A stretch of DNA of 53,314 bases, the filler included, from Limisphaerales bacterium (GTDB lineage: Bacteria > Verrucomicrobiota > Verrucomicrobiia > Limisphaerales > SIBE01), in NCBI GenBank assembly GCA_044225505.1. It is 2 parts of 2 records of this genome, joined end to end, with 100 filler letters (N's around TTAATTAATTAA, not from the genome) between each part and the next. Parts side by side here need not be neighbours in the genome. Positions count along the whole stretch, not along the records: positions 26,854 to 53,314 come from JBGAIN010000119.1; 1 more part is not named here. One strand, written 5' to 3'. The position numbers and the translations under genes are program-made. The notes beneath the pieces were generated by a model. That model was not told where the DNA came from and ran no database searches. It saw only the letters and a program-made list of their open reading frames with translations. Every line of letters starts with the position of its first letter. Positions within the stretch are counted from its first letter, which is position 1. Of the stretch, positions 27,102 through 36,557 are shown in pieces.

Positions 27102-27653
27102 TCATCGAAATACGACTTTAGCCGTGGAATCTTCGCGATAAGTCACTTCGTGCCCGGGGACCCAAGTCCCGTTTTTGAAGTATTCGGAACGCACATGGAA
27201 ACTGCGGTCCGCGCGAAGCTCACTTGTTCCCCGAACTTCCGTGATGCCCTCCTTGCTGCCGGTCACTTTTTCCAACGTGATGAACTTGCCATTCTCAAAA
27301 CGCATGGTGCCCATGGTCATAAATCCGGCCGTCGTGAAATAGTAATAAGACACCTGCTGTTTTTGCTCATCCCAAAGGACCAGGCTTTCGCCGCCGTAAA
27401 TCCCTTCGTTGATGGAATGCAAAATCCGCACCGCTCGACCGTTCAACGCTCTCTCCCAATGGGAAATATCGACGGTCGGTTGTTCCGGCTTCGAATCCTT
27501 GAATTGGCCTTTCCAGGTCTTTTCCAGAAGCGGCCGAAGGGGTTCTAGATGCGTATCGAGCACCGGAGCGTCCGCTCCAAAGATGGCAGAGAGATTTACC
27601 AGCGTTGTGACAATTAATGGGGTCCAGAATGCTTTCTTCATAAGTTGTTTCAT
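27102..27653 (-). CDS. Secreted hypothetical beta-barrel-like protein
   Basis: Signal peptide; beta-rich domain (TWKG..WERALNGRAVR..YYFTTAG); downstream of the AraC gene. Confidence 0.75.
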   Translation of the reverse strand: MKQLMKKAFWTPLIVTTLVNLSAIFGADAPVLDTHLEPLRPLLEKTWKGQFKDSKPEQPTVDISHWERALNGRAVRILHSINEGIYGGESLVLWDEQKQQVSYYYFTTAGFMTMGTMRFENGKFITLEKVTGSKEGITEVRGTSELRADRSFHVRSEYFKNGTWVPGHEVTYREDSTAKVVFR

Positions 27654-27712
27654 CGGTTCCTACGGATTGCGCCGAGTTTGCCCAGGAAGCCTTAAAGTGT
27701 ATTGGAAAAATT

Positions 27713-28549
27713 TTACCTCAAGCGATCGACTGGTAGGAAGCGTCCGGCTTCATCTTCGAAGCGCAAATAGGTGGAGGGGTTAACTCCGGCAAAGGCGCGG
27801 AAGTCGTTGACGAAATGGGCCTGATCATAATAGCCGCAACGGCCCGCAACCTCCACCCAAGGCACGGAATGGCCCGCCTGGATCTCTCCGAGCACTCCTT
27901 GAAATCGACGGATCCTGCTAAATAGTTTAGGAGTCAATCCCACCTCGTCCCGAAATTCCGCGACCAGGTGCTTGTGCGAAATTCCAAGATGCCGCGCCAA
28001 ACTTCGAACCGACGCTGGCTGAGCTTCAGCTTCCAATTGTTCCAACAGCCACGCGACGCGCCGACGACGCTGATCGTTGATCCGCGCTTGACGCAGTCGT
28101 CCGAGTAAAAACATCTCCAAAAGAGTAAACTTCGCCATGGGATCGGGAGCCTCCAAAAGTCGCTCGCGCAATTCCCGGTCCTGAGCCCCCCAGAACGTCC
28201 GACTCTCGACCACTTGATCCCTGAAATCGGACGCAGGCATTCCCAGAATTGCCGCCGCCCCTCCCGGACGGAAATGCACGCCAATCATGGACGCGCCCGG
28301 ATGCGCATCGATCACCAAATAGCGCGAGTGCGCCCCGGACCACCACGCCTCACGGAAAGAACTTCGGGCGGTTCCGTCTTCCGGGTCGAACACGTGTCGC
28401 GGCTCATCGCCCAGGTTGATGATCCATTCGAAGGTGCCATCCGGGAGCACATGTTCGCGGCGATGGTTTCCGTTCCAGTCCGTGTAATACCAAAAGAAAT
28501 CGACGAACGCGGCGAGAGGCTGGCCGGGCTGGTGACGCCGGAAGAACAT
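27713..28549 (-). CDS. AraC-family transcriptional regulator (DUF6597-like N-domain)
   Basis: VLPDG, GVHFRPGG, VGLTPKLFSRIRRF, GYYDQAHFVNDFRAFAG. Confidence 0.92.
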   Translation of the reverse strand: MFFRRHQPGQPLAAFVDFFWYYTDWNGNHRREHVLPDGTFEWIINLGDEPRHVFDPEDGTARSSFREAWWSGAHSRYLVIDAHPGASMIGVHFRPGGAAAILGMPASDFRDQVVESRTFWGAQDRELRERLLEAPDPMAKFTLLEMFLLGRLRQARINDQRRRRVAWLLEQLEAEAQPASVRSLARHLGISHKHLVAEFRDEVGLTPKLFSRIRRFQGVLGEIQAGHSVPWVEVAGRCGYYDQAHFVNDFRAFAGVNPSTYLRFEDEAGRFLPVDRLR

Positions 28550-28630
28550 GACAGGGACGTTTACCCGGTCGGAGCGGTCGCACCAAGTGAAAAATACGCC
28601 TGAGCCGCGATGGCGCAGGCTTCGGGCACG

Positions 28631-29803
28631 CTATTTCCGCACGGCCAGGACGATGAGGCCAATCAAGCCGCCGCAAAGCGCCACGCTCACCGCCAGCGCG
28701 CTGCTGTTTGGATACGCCGGTAACAACGTTAACGCGCTCGCCCCAATGGCAGGCCCGGCAAAAATACCAGCGCCGATTGCGGCCTCGTGCATTCCTCCAT
28801 GCTCCCCTTTAGCCTCGCCCACATTCATGGAATAGTAGAGAGACGAGTAATAAATAAGTCCCAGCGCCAGGCCGAAAGTCAACTGCGCCACAAAAAGCAC
28901 CCATAAATTGGGGACCAGCAAAATGAGAGCAAAGCTCGAGACCAAGAGGAAATACGCTCCGAAAAACCAGCGCATGCGGTAATGCCAGCCGCTCCAGCGC
29001 CAGAGTATGAAGAAGGTTCCCAGCCGGGCGAAGAACCAGGTCGAACAGAAGAAGCCTGCCACGGCCGGGCTTAGCTGAAGTTCCTTGGCTAAACTTGGCA
29101 CCACCGCCACCACTGTGTTGATTGCCACGTAGGCAAACGGGTTCGCCACCCACGACATCCGCAAAAAGAGGCGCGCCCGTGCAATGGGACGTGCGGTCAA
29201 CTCGATCGGCCCGGTAAGCGGCGTCGGAAGGGATTGAGGCAATGGCTGTCGAACCGCGAGTGCGAGACGCATCAGCACGCCCGCTTGCAGCACGTGAATG
29301 AGGAATGGGATCCAGAAAAGGCATCGCAACCCAAGCTGCTGCAACAGCCAGCCGCCGCTAAAGTAAGCCAGGGCACTCGTGCCGGCCCAAACCAGATTGT
29401 AGACTCCGATTCGCTCTTGGAGTCCGACCGGGTCTTCCCCTTCACTCACGATCGCTTCCAAACTGGGCCAGGTGAAACAAATGCCGCTGGTCCAAACGAT
29501 CAGTCCGAACACGGACATCCAGGGGGACGTGGCATAGAAGCCAATGGCCAACGCTACACACATCGTTCCGAAACCGATCGCGAGCGCCTTATAATACCCA
29601 AAGCGCTGGCCCCAGCGCCCCGCCAGCCACGCCATGAACGTGTAGATAAATCCGTTGAGCGCCGCGAGCGCCAGGTTCTCGCGATTCCCAAACCCGTACT
29701 GCCGCTGCATGTAGAAGAACAGGTAGTAAAAGTAGAAACTCGTCGCGAACGAGTTCATTCCTTCGAGAATAAAATAGCCTGTTTTGAGTTGGCGAAGGGT
29801 CAT
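28631..29803 (-). CDS. MFS transporter
   Basis: About 12 hydrophobic segments; GRWGQRFG loop motif. Confidence 0.82.
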   Translation of the reverse strand: MTLRQLKTGYFILEGMNSFATSFYFYYLFFYMQRQYGFGNRENLALAALNGFIYTFMAWLAGRWGQRFGYYKALAIGFGTMCVALAIGFYATSPWMSVFGLIVWTSGICFTWPSLEAIVSEGEDPVGLQERIGVYNLVWAGTSALAYFSGGWLLQQLGLRCLFWIPFLIHVLQAGVLMRLALAVRQPLPQSLPTPLTGPIELTARPIARARLFLRMSWVANPFAYVAINTVVAVVPSLAKELQLSPAVAGFFCSTWFFARLGTFFILWRWSGWHYRMRWFFGAYFLLVSSFALILLVPNLWVLFVAQLTFGLALGLIYYSSLYYSMNVGEAKGEHGGMHEAAIGAGIFAGPAIGASALTLLPAYPNSSALAVSVALCGGLIGLIVLAVRK

Positions 29804-29911
29804 GAAATAAGAAGCAAATTGCCCGTGCCCTGAGAAGAGGTCGACCGCGGCTGGAGAGATCGGACTCGAATCCTTGGCTCAAGCCGAGCGCCAGACCGGG
29901 CTACCCCGAAC

Positions 29912-30370
29912 TCAGCTTCGGAGTTCCTCCAGTGCTTTGACGCAGTACCACTTGACTGCGGCTGACATGGCAGGCTCCAGAGTCTCCAGTTCCACCGCGG
30001 AGCACCATCGGATGTCGTGATGTTCTGTCGCCGAGAGAGTGAGAGCCCCACGCTTGGGGCGAGCCCAATAAATCATCCCGATGTGCTCGTGGGTGGGATT
30101 AATGCGGTGAATATCCAAAAAGCGCGGCGCAATCAGAGCGCGCGTCCCCGGGCCCGTCGTCGGCGGGCGTTCCCCCACCAACTCAATCTCCAAGCCGCTC
30201 TCTTCGCTCGCTTCGCGAAGGGCCGCCGCTTCCGGCTCTTCGTCCAATTCAATGTGCCCGCCCAATGGCAACCATTGATTTAACTTCCGGTGATGCACAA
30301 CAAGGACCTGATTGTCCTGAACGATAAAGATAGCGACGGTAAAATCGATCCGTTCGTGAATATGGGGCAT
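29912..30370 (-). CDS. Nudix hydrolase
   Basis: Nudix box GGHIELDEEPEAAALREASEESGL. Confidence 0.92.
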   Translation of the reverse strand: MPHIHERIDFTVAIFIVQDNQVLVVHHRKLNQWLPLGGHIELDEEPEAAALREASEESGLEIELVGERPPTTGPGTRALIAPRFLDIHRINPTHEHIGMIYWARPKRGALTLSATEHHDIRWCSAVELETLEPAMSAAVKWYCVKALEELRS

Positions 30371-30378
30371 TCCCTAAC

Positions 30379-30936
30379 CTAGTAATCGTAGAGGCCGCCA
30401 TCCCGCGAATAGCCGCCACCGCCATAGCCGCCCATCCCACCCATTTCATCTTCGCCCTCGGGTCCTCCCATGAGATCCCCAAGCACGTCACCCATGTCCG
30501 CCTCGATCTTCTNNNNNACGTCACCCATGTCCGCCTCGATCTTCTCCGGGTCTTCGCCAGATTCCAGACGCTTAATCGCCACATCCATCTCTTTGGGCAT
30601 GGTGCCCGGAGGCATGATGTCCTTCATCTTGCGCATCATGTGCGCCATATGTTTCGGGTTGTTCTCGTCCAAATGCTCCATGTCCCGTTCCATCTCGCTC
30701 ATGGCCCGCATCACCCGCGGGTCGTCCAGATCAGGCATGGGGCCCTCATCACCCCCACCTTCTGGCTTAGCCGCCGGTTCCTGCAACCCTCTCGGCATGG
30801 CGAAGGCACTCATCTGTTTCGTCATTTTCTTGTTCCCGCATTTGGGACAGACCGGCAACCGTTCCGGATTCAGCCTCTTCGACAAGAAGCTGAAAATGAC
30901 ACGGCACTTCGGACAGGCAAATTCGTAAATCGGCAT
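30379..30936 (-). CDS. FmdB-family zinc-ribbon protein
   Basis: MPIYEFACPKC...CPKCG. Contains a 28-bp duplication around 5 Ns (assembly artefact). Confidence 0.85.
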   Translation of the reverse strand: MPIYEFACPKCRVIFSFLSKRLNPERLPVCPKCGNKKMTKQMSAFAMPRGLQEPAAKPEGGGDEGPMPDLDDPRVMRAMSEMERDMEHLDENNPKHMAHMMRKMKDIMPPGTMPKEMDVAIKRLESGEDPEKIEADMGDXXXKIEADMGDVLGDLMGGPEGEDEMGGMGGYGGGGYSRDGGLYDY

Positions 30937-31156
30937 AGATCCAAATTCGACTCGCAGATTTCTAACACAGGATTCGGGACCGTAAAAGTCCGAAAAATGC
31001 AGCTGCAAATGCCAAGAATACAAGGGAGATAGCACCAAAGGACTATTGTGACGCGAAGTCGCGCGGGTATGATCCCCATAGATGGTGCGACCAGTCCCGT
31101 CGAAGACCTTGGTGCACCCGTTATTAAAATGCCGTAACCAAAAATCGCCTGCGATT

Positions 31157-31501
31157 ATGCAAACCGAAACCACCCGGCCCCAGTTGACTCACCGAGTCGC
31201 CCAGACTGGCAATTCGAACCATCGCCTGGTCGTCGTCGAGTCTGCGCCGCACAAATTTACGGTTGAACCTCGTTACACCCGTTCCGCCCCAATCGGGAGC
31301 CGCCCGGTGACTCATCGAATCGCTTCCGTCGAGGCTTACCCGCGCGGTGGATACGTCACAGGCGCCGAACTGCAAACGGCGGTTCTCCTCATCCTGGCAC
31401 TCTACGCTTCGCTAGCGTTGCTTAACTTTCGGAACGAGTTTTCGAATCTGGTCCAGCACTGGCAGAGCTTCATCGAGTTCCTCAGCCAGGCGCTCTGCTA
31501 G
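31157..31501 (+). CDS. Small hypothetical membrane protein
   Basis: One C-terminal TM (AVLLILALYASLALL); no recognisable family. Confidence 0.4.
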   Translation: MQTETTRPQLTHRVAQTGNSNHRLVVVESAPHKFTVEPRYTRSAPIGSRPVTHRIASVEAYPRGGYVTGAELQTAVLLILALYASLALLNFRNEFSNLVQHWQSFIEFLSQALC

Positions 31502-31523
31502 TGCGCTGTCCGCTCGGGGATCA

Positions 31524-31583
31524 TTCGCTGGTAACCCACAGGTAACCCACTCCCGAGTGGGTTACCTGTGGGTTACCAGCGAA
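31524..31583. repeat. Perfect 29-bp inverted repeat with internal 11-bp periodic units
   Basis: TTCGCTGGTAACCCACAGGTAACCCACTC-CC-GAGTGGGTTACCTGTGGGTTACCAGCGAA. Confidence 0.9.
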
Positions 31584-31747
31584 AGAAGAGCGAATGGACT
31601 GGGTGGGACCGAGCAAAGGGCCGGGTCCCGGGAGAGGTATGAAGTGCGACAACCGAGCGCGATCCCGTTCGAGACGCTCGCACGATCACCTAACCAACTA
31701 ATACGCAACGACCTGTAGCGCTACAGAAGCGATTGATTTCAGTTTAC

Positions 31748-31860
31748 GGACCGCGACTGTGTGCGGAGCACCAGTCGCAGCATTCTAGGGTTCAACAGAT
31801 TCCGTCGCCCTCGATACACCCACCAAACTGCAGCTGATCCTTCGGATACAGCCGCGCCCC
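31748..31860. repeat. REP/REPIN-like inverted doublet
   Basis: 31748-31780 and the reverse complement of 31828-31860 match at 23/33 positions (hand count). Each folds into the same nested hairpin with compensatory changes. Confidence 0.65.
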
Positions 31861-31900
31861 GATTGCGAAGTGGGTAACGCTCAACGAAACTGTCACCGCG

Positions 31901-32941
31901 TCAAGGGGTTGGACAAGGCTTGGTCCCGTTCTTCTCGTAATACCGCTGATGGTACTCTTCGGCGGGGGTAAACGTCCCAGCTAACGCGATCTCGGTGGTG
32001 ACTTTCTTGCCGGGTTGCTTCTCTTCCAACCGCGCCGCGGCTTGGCGAGCGATCGTCTCTTGCTCTGGCGTGGAAAAGAAGATGGCAGATCGGTATTGAT
32101 CACCCTCGTCCGCACCGGTAGCCCGCGCCGTAAACGCGTTATGCTTCTGCCAGAACAGGTCAAGTAATTGATTCAGAGTGACCTGCGCCGGATCATACTC
32201 GACGGAAACCACCTCCGCGTGCCCGCTGCGATGGGAACAAACCTGCTCATAAGTGGGATTCTTGGTATGCCCTCCCGCGTAACCGACTCGTGTTCCCGCT
32301 ACGCCTTTGACATGGCGAAAAGCCTCTTCTACACCCCAAAAGCAGCCGGCGCCCAGAACGATCGTCTGTCGCAGGACGCCTTTCATCGGGCGTTCGTGGA
32401 ACGAGAGAGCGTCCGAGTTAATGCAGTAACGAAGCCGCGTAGGTGCGGGCCCGTCTGGAAACACATGCCCCAAATGCGAGTCACAGCGCTCACAATGCAC
32501 CTCCACCCGGACCATGCCGTAACTCGTGTCCCGCGTCTCACCGATGTTTTCCTTGGCTACGGGCTGGAAGAAACTAGGCCACCCAGTGCCGGAATCGAAC
32601 TTTGCGTCCGACCGGAACAGAGGAAGTCCGCACCCGATGCACGCGTAGACACCGGTTTTGTGATTATCATGGAACACGCCGCAGAAAGCCCGCTCGGTGC
32701 CATGGCCGCGCGTGATTCGAAACTGTTCGTCGGTCAATTGGTTTTTCCAAGCGGCCTCGGATTTGACGACTTTCGGCACGGTCAGGGGTCCCGTGACCTC
32801 GCCAGAGGGTTCCAACAGGCGCACGGTAACGTTTCCAGGGTTCATATTGGTTTTGCTTGCGGGTGAAGGCTTAGACGACACAGCCCAGGCTGTAGCCAAA
32901 ATCGCCGACAGAGCGAAGGTTAAGAATAGATACGGTTTCAT
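31901..32941 (-). CDS. msrAB: Exported bifunctional methionine sulfoxide reductase, MsrB-MsrA order
   Basis: Signal peptide; Msr[27 protein letters not shown]; MsrA GAGCFWG, GHAEVV, QYRS, AEEYHQ. Confidence 0.93.
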   Translation of the reverse strand: MKPYLFLTFALSAILATAWAVSSKPSPASKTNMNPGNVTVRLLEPSGEVTGPLTVPKVVKSEAAWKNQLTDEQFRITRGHGTERAFCGVFHDNHKTGVYACIGCGLPLFRSDAKFDSGTGWPSFFQPVAKENIGETRDTSYGMVRVEVHCERCDSHLGHVFPDGPAPTRLRYCINSDALSFHERPMKGVLRQTIVLGAGCFWGVEEAFRHVKGVAGTRVGYAGGHTKNPTYEQVCSHRSGHAEVVSVEYDPAQVTLNQLLDLFWQKHNAFTARATGADEGDQYRSAIFFSTPEQETIARQAAARLEEKQPGKKVTTEIALAGTFTPAEEYHQRYYEKNGTKPCPTP

Positions 32942-33135
32942 GAAAGTGCATTCCTACGGTGCCCCACCCCTTGCGGCGGTGAGGTTGGACGATGGCGCTG
33001 GTGACAACCACGGGCCTAAAATGGCTCATTTTCTCTCGGCTTACAACTTGAACGAGACCAGGCCACTCCGGGCACCCACCCGGAAGGCGACCACATAAGA
33101 GAGTCGGGCGAGCAAGCAATTCCTGACATCAAGGA

Positions 33136-34191
33136 TCATTCAATGACCCCCACCCCTAGACAGGTCTCGCCCTCATAAAACACGGCCGATTGCCCGGAAG
33201 CAATCCCTGGGTCTGGCTGGTCCAGCGTGACTTGCCAACGGCCCGCTTCCAAAGACTCCACCTCGCAGAGAGCGATGGTTGGCCCGTGGCGAATCTTCGT
33301 TCCCAAATGACTCGTGCGGGGTTCTCCTGCAATCCAATGCACGTTCCCAACCGTAAATTCCCGGCGAGCATAGCGACCGAACTGGTCTGCGTGTGCCACA
33401 TACAGGCGATTCGCGGGCAAATCCTTACGCGCGACGTACCAGGGTCCCCCGCCCAAACGCAATCCCTGACGCTGCCCAATCGTATGGAACCAGACGCCTT
33501 TGTGTTGGCCTAAAACCTTGCCCGAATCGGCATCGACAATCTCCCCTTCTTTCTCTCCCAAATGGAACCGGACAAACTCCGGATAGCGAATCTTGCCCAG
33601 AAAGCAAATCCCCTGGCTGTCTTTGCGATTGCGATTCGGCAACTCGAGCTCCTGCGCCAACTTCCGCACCTCAGCCTTCATCAGGTGCCCGATAGGGAAA
33701 ACGATGCGGGCGAGCTGCTTCTGATCAAGTCGCGAGAGGAAATAAGTCTGGTCCTTCACAGGATCTGGCGCCCGCTTGAGTTGGTAGACGCCATTCTCCA
33801 GCGTGACTCGGGCATAGTGCCCAGAAACGACCCGGTCGAACCCAGGCCCGACCTTCTCAAAGAACAGGCCAAACTTAATATATTGATTACACAGGATGTC
33901 CGGGCTCGGGGTTCGGCCGGACCGCAATTCACTCAGCGCAAAATCGACGACGCGCTCCTGGTACTCCGTCTGCAGCGGCACAACCTCCAATGGGACACCA
34001 GCTTGCGCACAAACAGCCCTTGCATTCTTCAGATCGTCCTCCCACGGACAATCCCCCAAGAACGCCAACTCCTCTTGCAGCCAGATCTTCAAGTAAAACG
34101 CCGTGATCTCGCCCGCGCCGCCCTGCTGCACCAACCGCAGGGCAACGGAACTATCCACTCCACCTGATAACAAAACGGCCGTTCTCATCAT
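33136..34191 (-). CDS. mnmA: tRNA 2-thiouridine(34) synthase
   Basis: SGGVDS, TPSPDILCN, GHYA, KDQTYFL, DSQGICF, TIGQRQG. Confidence 0.95.
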   Translation of the reverse strand: MMRTAVLLSGGVDSSVALRLVQQGGAGEITAFYLKIWLQEELAFLGDCPWEDDLKNARAVCAQAGVPLEVVPLQTEYQERVVDFALSELRSGRTPSPDILCNQYIKFGLFFEKVGPGFDRVVSGHYARVTLENGVYQLKRAPDPVKDQTYFLSRLDQKQLARIVFPIGHLMKAEVRKLAQELELPNRNRKDSQGICFLGKIRYPEFVRFHLGEKEGEIVDADSGKVLGQHKGVWFHTIGQRQGLRLGGGPWYVARKDLPANRLYVAHADQFGRYARREFTVGNVHWIAGEPRTSHLGTKIRHGPTIALCEVESLEAGRWQVTLDQPDPGIASGQSAVFYEGETCLGVGVIE

Positions 34192-34321
34192 GCGAACCAG
34201 GTCTGAGCTTAGAGGAATTCAGATCCGGACGCCAATGCATCGTCAGGCCTTGGTCGTGGAACATCATTGCCGGAACGAAGGGATATAGCCGACAAGTTAG
34301 CGCAAACCGATTGGCGTCCAC

Positions 34322-34542
34322 GTCGGGGTCGGACTCGAAAGGATGTGCATGGGATTTGGTCATGGGCGCTTGGATGTGTCCCGCACTTCCATCGATTACG
34401 TGGGTTGGACCGCATCGTGGCCATGCTGACGAAACTCGGACCGCGTGGGTATACGATCCACGAGGAATCGGATGATTGCAGTGATTTCAGGAACGATACC
34501 GATGCCGATAGCGACCCCGACTCCGAACGCAGCCGGAAATGA
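34322..34542 (+). pseudogene. Internally deleted four-helix-bundle (23S rRNA-IVP / bAvd-like) gene with flanking inverted repeats
   Basis: ATG 34349 after AAAGGA gives MGFGHGRLDVSRTSIDYVGW, fused out of frame to LDRIVAMLTKLGPRGYTIHEE..DTDADSDPDSE. Flanked by GTCGGGGTCG (34322-31) / CGACCCCGAC (34512-21). Confidence 0.6.
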
Positions 34543-34880
34543 GCGCTAACCCACCCTGTGGCCTTGTTGGAAAGGGCACTCGGCAGCGACATGCCGCTCC
34601 ACGGCGAGCCAAGCCCGTCCAACGCTTACAAACCCTGCCTGGGAAATGTCGCACACATTGTCCGCAAATTGTTGTCGAACTGTGCGACATTTGGCCCTGG
34701 CGCGCTCCTTCCCCGCAACGTCTTTCCGGTTTGGACTGGGAATCCATCTAACACCCGTATGCGATCTATCCCAATGCCTCCCCGGCTCCTCGCCACCCTC
34801 AGCAGATGGACATTGTCGACCTGATCGGTGCCGGTGTAGGATGCGCGACGGTAGCCCGTCGTAGGCTGAGCCGTGGTTTC

Positions 34881-36476
34881 ATGAGCACGACTGCGCTGGA
34901 TCAACACAATATCTGCGCTGGCACGAGCAACAGGCGTGCAGGAGCACGCCGCCAAACGGGTTGCACGCGGATCCTGGTGCGTGCTGGGTTGGCGGCCGCG
35001 GTCTGCATCTTCATGATTCTCGTCCCCAGCTGGGGGGCACCGCCACAAACCCTTCTTGGGAGCCGCCCTAACATCATTCTCGTTCTCACGGACGATCAAG
35101 GCTACGGGGACATGTCCTGCCACGGTCATCCCGTGCTCCGAACCCCAAACATCGATCGTTTGCATCGCGAGGGAATCTGCTTTGCGGATTTCCATGTTAG
35201 CCCGACCTGTTCGCCCACGCGCGCCGCTCTCCTGACCGGCCGGCATGAGTTTAGAAGTGGGGTGACTCATACCATCCTGGAAAGGGAGCGACTCGCCCTC
35301 CAATCCGTCACGCTGGCCCAGATTCTCAAGTCGGCCGGTTACACCAACGGGATATTTGGCAAATGGCATCTAGGGGACGAACCGGATTACCGTCCCGAGC
35401 GGCGCGGGTTCGACGAAGTGTTCATCCATGGCGGCGGCGGGATAGGCCAAACTTACCCGGGTTCCTGTGGCGACGCCCCGGGCAACACTTACTTTGATCC
35501 CGCGATTCTTCACAACGGTCGTTTCGTAAAAACGAGCGGCTATTGCACGGATGTCTTTTTCAATCAGGCGCTCCGCTGGATTGATCAAACGCGGGGGCGT
35601 CAACCGTTCTTTGCTTATATTGCCTGCAATGCCCCACACGCCCCGCTGCAAGTGCGGCCGGAGGACGAAGCACGGTATCGCGGCACCGTCCCGAACACGA
35701 ATGCCGTCCGTTACCTGGGCATGGTGAGTAACATCGACGACAATCTCGGGCGATTGCTGGCTCGACTGGAAGAATGGGGCCTGGATCGCAATACCTTGGT
35801 CATTTTCATGACGGACAATGGAGCTGATGGCGGTCTTTTAGCGGGCTATAACGCCGGCATGCGCGGCGGCAAGGGAACCGCATTCCTGGGCGGGACTCGG
35901 GCGGTTTCCCTCTGGCGGTGGCCAGGGAGGCTCGAGCCGGGAGAGTGCCAGGCGTTGACCGCACACATCGATTTCTTTCCAACGATCGTCGCGTTGGCCG
36001 GGGTGCGCCCACCGCTCAACGTGGCGCGCCAAATTGAAGGGAGAAATCTGCTGCCCTTACTTGAGGATCCAAAGGCGCCATGGCCAGATCGCGTTCTCTT
36101 TACCCATCTGGGCCGTTGGCCGAAAGGGTCCGATCCGGAATTGGCCAAGTTTCGGACGTGCGGCGTTCGGTCAGAGCGTTGGCACTTGGTTTCCCCGGAC
36201 GGAGCTCGGGAACCCCACTGGTTGCTATTCGATGTCACGAATGATCCGCAAGAACTCAACGACGTGCAATTTGCCCACCCCGTGATCGTGCGCGACCTCG
36301 CGCAACAGTACGACGATTGGTGGGACTCTGTGAAAGACTCTTTTATTAACGAGGACGCGATCGGACCGAAAATCAATCCGTTCAAAGCGGAATTCTGGCG
36401 CCAGTTCGGCGGTGGACCGAGCCCGGAGGATCTCCGCTTGATGGACTTGAATCAGCACCCGGACACCCAATTCTGA
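34881..36476 (+). CDS. Arylsulfatase (Cys-type, formylglycine-dependent S1 sulfatase)
   Basis: RPNIILVLTDDQGYGD, CSPTRAALLTGR, GKWHLG, TDNG; signal peptide; start uncertain. Confidence 0.93.
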   Translation: MSTTALDQHNICAGTSNRRAGARRQTGCTRILVRAGLAAAVCIFMILVPSWGAPPQTLLGSRPNIILVLTDDQGYGDMSCHGHPVLRTPNIDRLHREGICFADFHVSPTCSPTRAALLTGRHEFRSGVTHTILERERLALQSVTLAQILKSAGYTNGIFGKWHLGDEPDYRPERRGFDEVFIHGGGGIGQTYPGSCGDAPGNTYFDPAILHNGRFVKTSGYCTDVFFNQALRWIDQTRGRQPFFAYIACNAPHAPLQVRPEDEARYRGTVPNTNAVRYLGMVSNIDDNLGRLLARLEEWGLDRNTLVIFMTDNGADGGLLAGYNAGMRGGKGTAFLGGTRAVSLWRWPGRLEPGECQALTAHIDFFPTIVALAGVRPPLNVARQIEGRNLLPLLEDPKAPWPDRVLFTHLGRWPKGSDPELAKFRTCGVRSERWHLVSPDGAREPHWLLFDVTNDPQELNDVQFAHPVIVRDLAQQYDDWWDSVKDSFINEDAIGPKINPFKAEFWRQFGGGPSPEDLRLMDLNQHPDTQF

Positions 36477-36557
36477 ATTTAGAGACCATTCGAAGAGACA
36501 AGGCGAATCGGTCAACGGGCGCTGCGGTTCTCGCTCAACACTGCAACAGAAGAGGCA

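Noticed and set aside
30485..30545. 28-bp direct repeat (KIEADMGD twice) in the FmdB-like gene
   Set aside because: The copies flank 5 Ns, typical of an unmerged scaffold overlap.
31501..31900. Repeats as a CRISPR array or integron attC sites
   Set aside because: No repeat-spacer periodicity, no cas or intI gene, and no clear RYYYAAC/GTTRRRY pair.
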